Virus record (IMG/VR): IMGVR_UViG_3300006120_000061
Coordinates: 1-31,014 of that record
Length of the DNA: 31,014 nt
Source: a virus
Taxonomy: Duplodnaviria; Caudoviricetes
Direction: 5' to 3' (one strand)
This document shows, piece after piece, positions 6,206 to 14,647 of this stretch. The position numbers were made by a program, and so were the translations under genes. Every line of letters begins with the position of its first letter. Positions within the stretch are counted from its first letter, which is position 1. The notes beneath the pieces were generated by a model. It had not been told where the DNA came from. It worked only from the letters and a program-made list of their open reading frames with translations, and ran no database searches.

Positions 6206-8401
6206 ATGTCAACACAATGGGATTATGGTTCAGCAGCACCAGCCTTTGACGATACTAAAGTAGACAGGATTGGTGACAGACCACCTGAAGTTATTGATGA
6301 ACTTCCATCACTATCATTAGACATACCTGACACAGACATTATTAAAAACTTAAACAATCGTATCAACGATTCACAAGGTTATTGGAACGATAGCGTAGGC
6401 TATAACATGTCTAAGGTACTAAACGATAACCAAAGACTATACTTGAACAAACAGCAGGATACTAGACAGCTATACCGCTATCAAATGCCATACAATGAGA
6501 ACCAAGTATATGTTGCAGTACAGTCAATCAAAGCATATCTTACTGCTCGTACACCTGAACCAGAAGTTAGCCCAAGCCAAGACACACCTAGAGCACGCAA
6601 GTTTGCTATGGACTTAGAAAAGATATTGATGGCTCACTCCAGCAAAGTACAGCTATCCAAGATGCTTGAGGACTTATCACAGCTAGCACTTATTAAGCGT
6701 GTTGGTTTCCTAGAATTAGAGTTTGACCCGAGCGTTGGTAAGAATGGTGAGATTGTACCAAGAGTTCGTGACCCTGAACATTGTTGCGTTGACAAAAATG
6801 CTATGCAGACTGACAACCCAGCTTTCTTCTCAATCACTATAAAGATGTCAGTAAATGAAATGTGTTCACGCTGGCCAGAGAAAAAAGAAGAAATTTATGC
6901 ACAGTGCAACATTGTTCGTGGAACATACAAACAACTAGAACAAGTAGTATCTATCCGAAAGGTTTACTTAACCCACTACGATAAGAACTACGAAGCACAC
7001 GAAGGTTTAGTATATTACTTTAATGATTGTGTACTAGAGAAGATGAAGAACCCTAACTGGTTATATGCAGACAAGAGCAAGAACTTTAGTGATTCACCTA
7101 TAAAGCCAATCATAGCCCTAAACTTTGACAACGATGGCTCACACTGGATAAGCCAGACATCAGCAGTAGAACAAGCTATGCCAATGCAGAACATGTTAAA
7201 CAAGAGAGGTAGACAACTATCTGAACTTGCAGACAAAGCCAATGGTGTTCTTATTGTTTCAAGCGAAACAGGTCTTACCAAAGATGATTTACAGAACCTA
7301 ACGATGGACCCTAACCAGAGATTAATCATCAAAACTTCAAACAAGAGCGCCCAAGAATTAGTTTATCAACTCCCACCGCCACAAATCGCACCGTTCCTGT
7401 ATCAGGACAAAATGGATATTAGAGCACAAGTTGGAAACATCATGGGCGCACCAGTTGACTTCACTGGACAAGATGACAAGACTAACTCCGAAGATACACT
7501 TGGTCAATCATTACTTAAAAAGAACCAAGCTGCTGGTCGACAAGACTTATACATTCGTTCAATAGATAGGTTCATGAATCAATACTTTAACCTACTATTC
7601 CAGATGATGATAGTTTGGTACAACGAAGACCACATGTTTGTCTACAATGGTAACGATGGTGAGTTTGACTATTTAATGGCTAACAGATATTTATTTGATG
7701 AAGGTATTGCAGTCAATGTAAAAGCTGGCTCTACTCCACCAATCGACAAGCAACGCCAAGAAGCTATCGCATTACAACTATCTAAGATGGGCGTATTATC
7801 ACCACTTGATATATACAAGATGCTACACTTGCAAAACCCACAGCAGTTATATGACAACTACTCTAAGTTCAAAGCTGACCCTATGTCACTTGCTCGTGAT
7901 GCTATGGATGATGTTGACTCAACTAAGGCATACATGGCTTGGACAGTTATTCGTGCTGGTAAAGAAGCCGAAGATGCTAAAGATGCTGACAAAGAATTTG
8001 TACTCACACTTCGTAAGATTATGCTCACAGATGAGTTCCTTGACTCTAAGAAATCTGTTCAGAAGAAGTTCCTTACTTATGTTGATAAGGCAATATCTAG
8101 TCTTGAACTTAGAACTAGCTTAGATCAGATGAGCCAACAAGGTGTGCAGAATTTAGAAACTAACATTCCTATACAACCACCACAACCAGCACAGCCACCA
8201 ATGAGTCAACCTCCTATGGGCGGTAGCGCAATACCTCCAATGGGTGGACAACCACCAATGGGACAACCTAGTGCTATCCCACCAATGGGAGCAGGACCAG
8301 TAGCTCCAGGCGGACCAGTACAAAATGGTACACCACTTATGAACCCAGCTAACCCACAGATGCCACCAGCTGGAAACGTTACAAGTTTGCCAACTCTTTA
8401 A
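6206..8401 (+). CDS. portal protein (P22/podovirus-like size) with Pro/Gln/Gly/Met-rich C-terminal tail
   Basis: 731 aa; position between terminase and scaffold/capsid; helical acidic composition; AAGGAG SD. Confidence 0.8.
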   Translation: MSTQWDYGSAAPAFDDTKVDRIGDRPPEVIDELPSLSLDIPDTDIIKNLNNRINDSQGYWNDSVGYNMSKVLNDNQRLYLNKQQDTRQLYRYQMPYNENQVYVAVQSIKAYLTARTPEPEVSPSQDTPRARKFAMDLEKILMAHSSKVQLSKMLEDLSQLALIKRVGFLELEFDPSVGKNGEIVPRVRDPEHCCVDKNAMQTDNPAFFSITIKMSVNEMCSRWPEKKEEIYAQCNIVRGTYKQLEQVVSIRKVYLTHYDKNYEAHEGLVYYFNDCVLEKMKNPNWLYADKSKNFSDSPIKPIIALNFDNDGSHWISQTSAVEQAMPMQNMLNKRGRQLSELADKANGVLIVSSETGLTKDDLQNLTMDPNQRLIIKTSNKSAQELVYQLPPPQIAPFLYQDKMDIRAQVGNIMGAPVDFTGQDDKTNSEDTLGQSLLKKNQAAGRQDLYIRSIDRFMNQYFNLLFQMMIVWYNEDHMFVYNGNDGEFDYLMANRYLFDEGIAVNVKAGSTPPIDKQRQEAIALQLSKMGVLSPLDIYKMLHLQNPQQLYDNYSKFKADPMSLARDAMDDVDSTKAYMAWTVIRAGKEAEDAKDADKEFVLTLRKIMLTDEFLDSKKSVQKKFLTYVDKAISSLELRTSLDQMSQQGVQNLETNIPIQPPQPAQPPMSQPPMGGSAIPPMGGQPPMGQPSAIPPMGAGPVAPGGPVQNGTPLMNPANPQMPPAGNVTSLPTL

Positions 8402-8433
8402 CTTTAGAGTAAAATAAGCATCAAGGAGGAATA

Positions 8434-9432
8434 ATGGATACAAATTCAATTCCAGGTCTAACTTTAAGTCCAAGCTTAGACGCTAAACTAAACGCACTAG
8501 ATGATAACCTACAACCTTTAGAGAAGGAGGAAGTTAAGAGTGAAAACGTACCAACAGAGGAAACAACAAAAGAAGATGACACAGCTCCACAAGCTGAAGA
8601 AGAACAAGAAGTCGATGAATCTGAGGAAGCAGGCGATGATAGTGAAGAAAGCGGCGATGAAGAATCTACAGAGCCAGCAGATGATGATGACTCCGCCTAC
8701 ACTATAGATGAAGGTGATGATGAAGATGTACAATCTGAGCCAGCACCCACAACCTCAACCCAAGCTGGTCCTAACCAGTTCACAGCCGAACAGCAATACA
8801 TACTAGACAACATACAACCTATTAAGGTTCGTGGTGATGTTGGTGGTGAAACCAAAGAGTTCGAAATATTAACTCCAGACCAACTACCAGCAGGATTCAA
8901 ATTCCTAGACGATAGGGACATGGCACTTGCGACTAAAGCATTTGCTATGCTTGAACAGAAAGCCGAACAACTACAGAATGATTTTCGTAATCAGGAAACA
9001 AACAAAGCTGCTAAAGAATTCAAGCAAAAAGAAGATGATGCAGACCGACAGGACATTGGCGCATTACAAAGAAGTGGTGACTTGCCTAAGTTTACTGTTG
9101 CATCAACAGACCCTAAGTTCGAACAAGATCCAAACGTACAACTTGTACAAGACATATTAGATTTTAAGGAAGCACAGAACCAGAAATACTTTGATGAATA
9201 CCAAGCTGGTCGACCTTACAAGCACATTGGCTTTGAAGAAGCATTTAGAATGTTTAAGCGTGAACAACCTGCTAAGGCTAACCAAGCACAAGTTAAAGAA
9301 GATGCTGAACGAAAGAATGTAGCCAAGAGAACCACAGGAAGTAAAAGCAACAAAGCTGATGCACCTAGACCTAGAACTGTACTTCGTAGCAGTAGAGATA
9401 TTGATAGTTTTATCGAGAACCTTGACTGGTAA
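8434..9432 (+). CDS. putative capsid scaffolding protein
   Basis: 332 aa, long acidic disordered N-terminus and coiled-coil, located between portal and capsid. Confidence 0.65.
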   Translation: MDTNSIPGLTLSPSLDAKLNALDDNLQPLEKEEVKSENVPTEETTKEDDTAPQAEEEQEVDESEEAGDDSEESGDEESTEPADDDDSAYTIDEGDDEDVQSEPAPTTSTQAGPNQFTAEQQYILDNIQPIKVRGDVGGETKEFEILTPDQLPAGFKFLDDRDMALATKAFAMLEQKAEQLQNDFRNQETNKAAKEFKQKEDDADRQDIGALQRSGDLPKFTVASTDPKFEQDPNVQLVQDILDFKEAQNQKYFDEYQAGRPYKHIGFEEAFRMFKREQPAKANQAQVKEDAERKNVAKRTTGSKSNKADAPRPRTVLRSSRDIDSFIENLDW

Positions 9433-9455
9433 TAAATTAATAAGAAAGGAACGCC

Positions 9456-9707
9456 ATGCACAATTGGTGGATCGCAGCATTAGAACATGCTGGTATATGG
9501 ACAAGAGAACAAGCACAACATGTTTCTGAGAACATCAGATTAACAACTCATCGTGAGAACTATAAAGAAGCTTACGAAGAACTAATTGATATATTAGAAA
9601 AAGGTAATTACTTAGAGCAAGGTGTAGTCAAGCGATTAGGACAAGATGTTGCACATCTAAAGTCAGTTGCTGAAACCAAAACTATTGCAAAGCCAAAGAA
9701 AGTCTAG
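9456..9707 (+). CDS. hypothetical protein
   Basis: 83 aa, AAAGGA SD, co-oriented with the head genes. Confidence 0.7.
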   Translation: MHNWWIAALEHAGIWTREQAQHVSENIRLTTHRENYKEAYEELIDILEKGNYLEQGVVKRLGQDVAHLKSVAETKTIAKPKKV

Positions 9708-9759
9708 TATTATAAATTCATAGGCAATCAAACTAGCCCCTCACCTGAGGGGTTTTTTT
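9685..9759 (+). promoter_or_regulatory. promoter + TAGGCAA leader + terminator, copy 2 (before major capsid)
   Basis: TTGCAA-N17-TATTAT(9708); TAGGCAA 9721; AGCCCCTC-ACCT-GAGGGG-T7. Confidence 0.8.
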
Positions 9760-9793
9760 AATTTACCTACAATAATTAAATAAAGGAGATAAC

Positions 9794-10882
9794 ATGGCAG
9801 GAATGGTATTTACCGATAGAGTGGCAGACATCACCTATCAAGACATACTTCCTTCGATTGTTGACCAGATCAACAACTCGAACGTTTTCTTGGCTCGTAT
9901 TTTAAGCAAGCCAGGCACATGGAGAGGTATCTATGAGGCACAGCCTATAGAAACCGCTAACAGTACAACGGGTGGATCATTCTCAGGAATGGATACTTTC
10001 CCAACAGCAGCAACTAACAATACACGTCTTATGACATGGTACTTGGCAGCTTTCGAGCAGTCAGTAGTAGTACCTGGTATTGAACGAGCTGTAAACGCTA
10101 ACAACGAAAAGCAAGTTCTAATGCTTCTTAAGACTCGTCTTGACGAAGCTAAAATCTCAGCTTTACAGGCTGTTGGACAAATTGCTTACGGTGTTGGTTC
10201 AGGAAAAGACTTTGACGGTCTTGGACTAATCGTAGACAACGGTACTAACTCTAGCTCATACGCTGGTCTTACACGATCTACAAACACATTTGTAAACGCT
10301 GACGTTACAGCTGTAACAAACGGTATCATTACTCTTGACTACTTGTCATCTGAGTTCGATAACGTTTCTGCTGCAAGCTCAACTTCAGAAAGCCCAACAA
10401 TTGGTCTAACTACAAAAGCTATTTGGACTTACATTGAAGGTCTTATTCAACCTATGGTTTCTGCTCGATACGAAACTCTACAGCTTAAGGGCTACGACAG
10501 AGTTGACGGTGGTACACCAAATGGTGAACTTCGCCCAAGTGGTGAAAAAGTTTCAGGTTTTGCTGGATTCAACGCTATTAGTTACAGGGCTCGCCCATTA
10601 GTAGCTGATGACAACGCAACTTCACAGACATTCTTCTGGCTAAACGAGAACTACATGGAATTCAAACGCCTAGTAGATTCATCTCTAAAGCAAGTTGCTT
10701 CAACTGTTGAAGTTACTGAAGGTTACTACAAAGACGTACCATCACCTAGTGCATGGCAGTTCAGAGAATTAATTGCTCCTGTTAACCAGTATGGTGAAGT
10801 AGGTCTATTGATTCTTATGGGTAACTTAATCCACAGACAACCTCGAAGAAACGGTAAACTAACTGGTATTACTTCAAACTAG
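9794..10882 (+). CDS. major capsid protein (HK97 fold expected)
   Basis: 362 aa; position after scaffold; YGVGSGKDFDGLGLIV and terminal PRRNGKLTGIT patterns typical of phage capsids; strong SD and biased codons. Confidence 0.85.
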   Translation: MAGMVFTDRVADITYQDILPSIVDQINNSNVFLARILSKPGTWRGIYEAQPIETANSTTGGSFSGMDTFPTAATNNTRLMTWYLAAFEQSVVVPGIERAVNANNEKQVLMLLKTRLDEAKISALQAVGQIAYGVGSGKDFDGLGLIVDNGTNSSSYAGLTRSTNTFVNADVTAVTNGIITLDYLSSEFDNVSAASSTSESPTIGLTTKAIWTYIEGLIQPMVSARYETLQLKGYDRVDGGTPNGELRPSGEKVSGFAGFNAISYRARPLVADDNATSQTFFWLNENYMEFKRLVDSSLKQVASTVEVTEGYYKDVPSPSAWQFRELIAPVNQYGEVGLLILMGNLIHRQPRRNGKLTGITSN

Positions 10883-10906
10883 GTTTGATAGAAAGGATTA
10901 TTTATC

Positions 10907-11683
10907 ATGGATGTAGGAATTAGAACATTAACAGAACAAGACATCAATACTCTATCTACTTCAAAGCAGGTACAGTATGGTGCAACAGGAATGACTGAAG
11001 ACGGTCGAAAATATCGATACGTATCTTTCGGTGGTACATCAACAATCAACTCAGGCCAATTAGTTGTTGCTGCAGCAATAACAGCTAACTATCAAGGTCT
11101 AACAATCACAGCAACTGGTACAGGTGGTCAGGTTGCTGCTAACCTAGCAACTGGTGCAACACAAATCGTTATTACTAACGGTTCAACTGCAATTACTCAA
11201 GACCAATTTGCTGAAGGTTACCTCGAAGTATTAGTAGGTGCAGCTGGTGTTACTAGCTCATACTTATATAGAGTTAAAGGAAACACAGCAGCAGCTGGTA
11301 GTGCAACTTTCACAGTTTACCTAGCTGAAGCTATGCGACACACAACTGCATTAGTACCTGGTACTGACACAGTTAACCTAAACCCAAGCATTTACAGCGG
11401 TGTAAACACATCAGCAACAGCTGATATCCCTGTAGGTGTAACAGTAATGACTGTTCCTAACACAGCTTCTGTAACTAACTACGGTTGGGTACAAACTGCT
11501 GGACCTGTTGACGTCAAGAACGACGCAGCTGGTACAATCGCTGTTGGAACTGCAATCGGACAAAGTGTATCTGTAGCTGGTTCTGTAAGAACTGCAACAG
11601 CTTCAACTAGCCCAGTAATTGGATACTCACACGCTGCTATCTCAGTATCAACAAGTGGACCAGTATTCCTAATCATTAACTAA
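10907..11683 (+). CDS. putative capsid decoration/accessory protein (paralog A)
   Basis: 258 aa, T/A/G/V-rich, directly after capsid; GRKYRYV and YGWVQT motifs shared with 12275..13075. Confidence 0.6.
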   Translation: MDVGIRTLTEQDINTLSTSKQVQYGATGMTEDGRKYRYVSFGGTSTINSGQLVVAAAITANYQGLTITATGTGGQVAANLATGATQIVITNGSTAITQDQFAEGYLEVLVGAAGVTSSYLYRVKGNTAAAGSATFTVYLAEAMRHTTALVPGTDTVNLNPSIYSGVNTSATADIPVGVTVMTVPNTASVTNYGWVQTAGPVDVKNDAAGTIAVGTAIGQSVSVAGSVRTATASTSPVIGYSHAAISVSTSGPVFLIIN

Positions 11684-11706
11684 TATCCTTTTAAGGAGGG
11701 GTACTT

Positions 11707-12255
11707 ATGGCAATCATTAATAAAAACCGCCTATTAGAGAAGTACGTTCAAGTTGTCCGAATGGATGGCTTAAACACAAACAAAAACGTAAACGTTGGTA
11801 TCGCAGCGGGTGGCTCTACAGCTACCTTAAGCGTTGGTGCTGGTGGTATCTCTACTACTGGACCATTGGTATCAGGTGCTAGCACTCAAAACCATACTTC
11901 AGTAGCTATTAACGCTACAGCAACAGCTACAGCTGTACAGGTTGCAAGTGGATACATTACATCTACTTCAGCCGCAGCAGTAGGAATTACTTTGCCTACA
12001 GCTACAGCTCTAGCTACACAGCTAGGTGCAACAGCAGGTTCAGTATTTGACCTTTACATAGATAACACAGCAGGTGCTAACACAGTTACAGTAACAGCTG
12101 GTTCAGGAATGACCGCTTCAGCAGTAGCTCAGGTTGCAACTTACGGTGTACCTACATTTGGTCTTATGACTGTTCCTTCAGGTACAAGTGGACAAGGTTG
12201 TTTCCGATTTGTTTTCTCATCGGCAACAGCATGTACATACGCTAGAATATTCTAG
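11707..12255 (+). CDS. putative virion structural protein
   Basis: 182 aa, A/T/G-rich, ITLPTA motif, AAGGAGG SD, in the capsid operon. Confidence 0.6.
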   Translation: MAIINKNRLLEKYVQVVRMDGLNTNKNVNVGIAAGGSTATLSVGAGGISTTGPLVSGASTQNHTSVAINATATATAVQVASGYITSTSAAAVGITLPTATALATQLGATAGSVFDLYIDNTAGANTVTVTAGSGMTASAVAQVATYGVPTFGLMTVPSGTSGQGCFRFVFSSATACTYARIF

Positions 12256-12274
12256 TAAAAACTAAGGAGAATAT

Positions 12275-13075
12275 ATGCAACAGGCTGGTAGGGAACTGAC
12301 TAGCGTTGACTTGAGAATAGTCACAAACGACAAACAAGATTTTCTTGGATCAACTGGTCAAACAGGTGATGGTCGTGTGTTTCGATATGTCAAAGTCGGT
12401 GCAAGTCCAGTAGCTGCTGGCCTAGTTATGTGTACTCCATACACAAGCAATTTCGTAGGATTAACAGTAGCGGCTGCTTCTGCGACTACAGTTGGACAGG
12501 GAGTGTATGAACTAAAAGTACAACTCAATGGTACAGCTTTAGGTCTTAACGATTTACAAGATGGTGAAGTAGATATAATTACTGGTACTGGTAAAGGTAC
12601 TAGTTATAGGATTCGTGGTAACACACCAGCGGCTTCCAATGGTATTACTACAATAAATCTTGCATCACCTCTTGTATTAGCTGTTCCAGCTGGTTCAATA
12701 GTCAATTTAGGTTACAGTCTTTATTATAACGTTGTAACAGATTATGCAGCCAACCAAGCTGGTTCAACAACAAACAAGCATCAAATTGGAGTAACAACTG
12801 TTGCTATGGGAGCTAACCAATATGGTTGGGTACAAACTCATGGTAGAGGACTTGTAACTAGCGACAATAACTACTGGAACGGTACTACAGTTACTACTGG
12901 TCAAATCCCACAAGGATTTTCACTCGTGCTAACTAAAAACATTCTTACTCCAGGTTATGTTACTGGCGCTAACCCAACTACAGATGCGGATAAGCAAATT
13001 GTAGGTTATGGATTAGAAAACCCTTACACAGCAGGTGCAGGTATCTTATTCCCAGCCGATATAGCCATTGGTTAA
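12275..13075 (+). CDS. putative capsid decoration/accessory protein (paralog B)
   Basis: 266 aa; GRVFRYV, YRIRGNT and YGWVQT align by eye with 10907..11683. Confidence 0.6.
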   Translation: MQQAGRELTSVDLRIVTNDKQDFLGSTGQTGDGRVFRYVKVGASPVAAGLVMCTPYTSNFVGLTVAAASATTVGQGVYELKVQLNGTALGLNDLQDGEVDIITGTGKGTSYRIRGNTPAASNGITTINLASPLVLAVPAGSIVNLGYSLYYNVVTDYAANQAGSTTNKHQIGVTTVAMGANQYGWVQTHGRGLVTSDNNYWNGTTVTTGQIPQGFSLVLTKNILTPGYVTGANPTTDADKQIVGYGLENPYTAGAGILFPADIAIG

Positions 13076-13095
13076 AACAAATACAAACAGCAACT

Positions 13096-13119
13096 AGCCC
13101 CTCAAAGCAGGGGTTTTTT
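13096..13119 (+). terminator. intrinsic terminator closing the capsid operon
   Basis: AGCCCCT-CAAAGC-AGGGG-T6; lacks the TAGGCAA-N7 leader. Confidence 0.8.
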
Positions 13120-13145
13120 GCATTAGAGGAATTAAGTGCTATAAT
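13118..13145 (+). promoter_or_regulatory. promoter for a probably leaderless transcript
   Basis: TTGCAT-N16-(TGc)TATAAT, with only 6 nt between the -10 and the ATG at 13152. Confidence 0.65.
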
Positions 13146-13151
13146 GCGAAT

Positions 13152-13367
13152 ATGAATAGGAATGAGCTAGAACAGGCTCGAGCTAATATTGAAACTCAGT
13201 ATAATAATCTGAGCAATAATGCTTGGGTTTCGCAAGAGCTTAAGTACCTACAGGGCAAATATGATGCCTTGACTGAGTTAATAAACAAACTATCTAACGA
13301 GGAGGCTCAAAATGCCACAAGTCAATCCACAACAAGCAAGTCAAAAGACAGCAACGTCAATAAGTGA
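13152..13367 (+). CDS. hypothetical protein
   Basis: 71 aa, helical; promoter directly upstream. Confidence 0.65.
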   Translation: MNRNELEQARANIETQYNNLSNNAWVSQELKYLQGKYDALTELINKLSNEEAQNATSQSTTSKSKDSNVNK

Positions 13368-13833
13368 AGGTAAACCTTTCCGAGAACGCTTAAGAGATAG
13401 ATACAAGGCTACTGACTACGTTAGAGTAATTAACATAGACAATGAAGAATTCACATGGCAATACTTTCCAATTGATGGTGAGCTTGAAACATTTGATGAC
13501 AATGGTGCTACAAGAGTCATACAGGGTCGCCAGAGGTTTACAAGTAACTTTGACGGTAGATTAGCTGGCAACGAGCAAATATGGGCTCTAGGAGCTGGAG
13601 AAACTGAAGTATTGGTTGGTGCAAATTCTGATTTATTCATAGAAGGATTGTACAAGAAGCTTATTGCTAAGAAGCGTATTTCTGATAACCCAAAAATTTC
13701 TGAAACACAGGCACGAAGCTTCAACTGGAACGATGGATTATTACAAGAACAGATGATAGATAAATTATTCTTAGGAATAGAAAATCCAACCTTCAATGAA
13801 CCTCAACGAAGCCAAACTACAGCAAAGAAGTAA
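13312..13833 (+). CDS. hypothetical protein
   Basis: 173 aa, GAGGAGG SD. Confidence 0.75.
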   Translation: MPQVNPQQASQKTATSISEGKPFRERLRDRYKATDYVRVINIDNEEFTWQYFPIDGELETFDDNGATRVIQGRQRFTSNFDGRLAGNEQIWALGAGETEVLVGANSDLFIEGLYKKLIAKKRISDNPKISETQARSFNWNDGLLQEQMIDKLFLGIENPTFNEPQRSQTTAKK

Positions 13834-14587
13834 GGAACTTGACGCTAGGGAAGAATACCTAGATGCTAAATTAAAGACGCTTGAAGAAGCTCCAATTACA
13901 TTAAAAGTATATGAAGCAAGATTCAAAGTATTTGAAGATAAGTTAGAGGCTATCCAATTGCAAGTTAAACAAGCTACACAACAATTTGATGAAAATACAA
14001 GAATATATAATGCTCACTATGATAATTACCAAGAACTAGAAGATAACATAAAAAAAGAAAAGTTATTTGTTAATGAACTTAAGAGAGAAGCACAGGAAAG
14101 CAAACGAGAAGTTACTCTTGCTAAGAATGAACTTAAATCTTTAGAGAGATACTTAAAAGAACAGCAGGAATTGATTGACCAAAGCGTTACACAAGGCAAT
14201 AAGAAGTTATTAGACCTACAAGATAATATGTTCGAGTTGGAACATGAGATTAATGAACTGAAAAACGCCAGAACTAGCTTAGAACATGACATAGATGATA
14301 TAGCATTGGTTAAAATACAAGATGAGCAAGACTTATACAATGTGCTTAATACACTTAGTGATCAAAAAGCTAATCTTGAAAACGAAATTAATGAACTTAT
14401 TAACCGAATTACTAAGAAAAGTGCTGAGTACAAGCGTGTAGAAGCACAAACTAGTGAAAAGTTAAACAAACTTAAAGAAAAAGAAGAAAGTATAATTGCT
14501 AAAAGAGATGCACTACGACTTGAAAGACAAGAACTTGAAGAAGATAAACGCAGATTTACTTCAACTAAATCATTATACGAAGATTAG
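13796..14587 (+). CDS. long coiled-coil protein
   Basis: 263 aa, E/K/L/Q-rich heptad-like sequence almost free of Pro and Gly. Confidence 0.75.
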   Translation: MNLNEAKLQQRSKELDAREEYLDAKLKTLEEAPITLKVYEARFKVFEDKLEAIQLQVKQATQQFDENTRIYNAHYDNYQELEDNIKKEKLFVNELKREAQESKREVTLAKNELKSLERYLKEQQELIDQSVTQGNKKLLDLQDNMFELEHEINELKNARTSLEHDIDDIALVKIQDEQDLYNVLNTLSDQKANLENEINELINRITKKSAEYKRVEAQTSEKLNKLKEKEESIIAKRDALRLERQELEEDKRRFTSTKSLYED

Positions 14588-14643
14588 TGATATAATATGT
14601 GTTATTAGGCAACTAACTAAGCCCCATTAGGAGGGTTTTTTTT
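14588..14643 (+). promoter_or_regulatory. promoter + TAGGCAA leader + terminator, copy 3 (before fibre-like gene)
   Basis: TGaTATAAT 14588-14596; TAGGCAA 14606; AGCCC-CATTAGGA-GGG-T8. Confidence 0.75.
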
Positions 14644-14647
14644 ATTT

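Noticed and set aside
11992-11998. TTGCCTA (reverse complement of TAGGCAA) inside a structural gene
   Set aside because: It lies in coding sequence (LPT) with no associated promoter or terminator.
13796-14587. Coiled-coil ORF as a tape-measure protein
   Set aside because: Too short and highly charged, and no tail tube or tail chaperone genes flank it.
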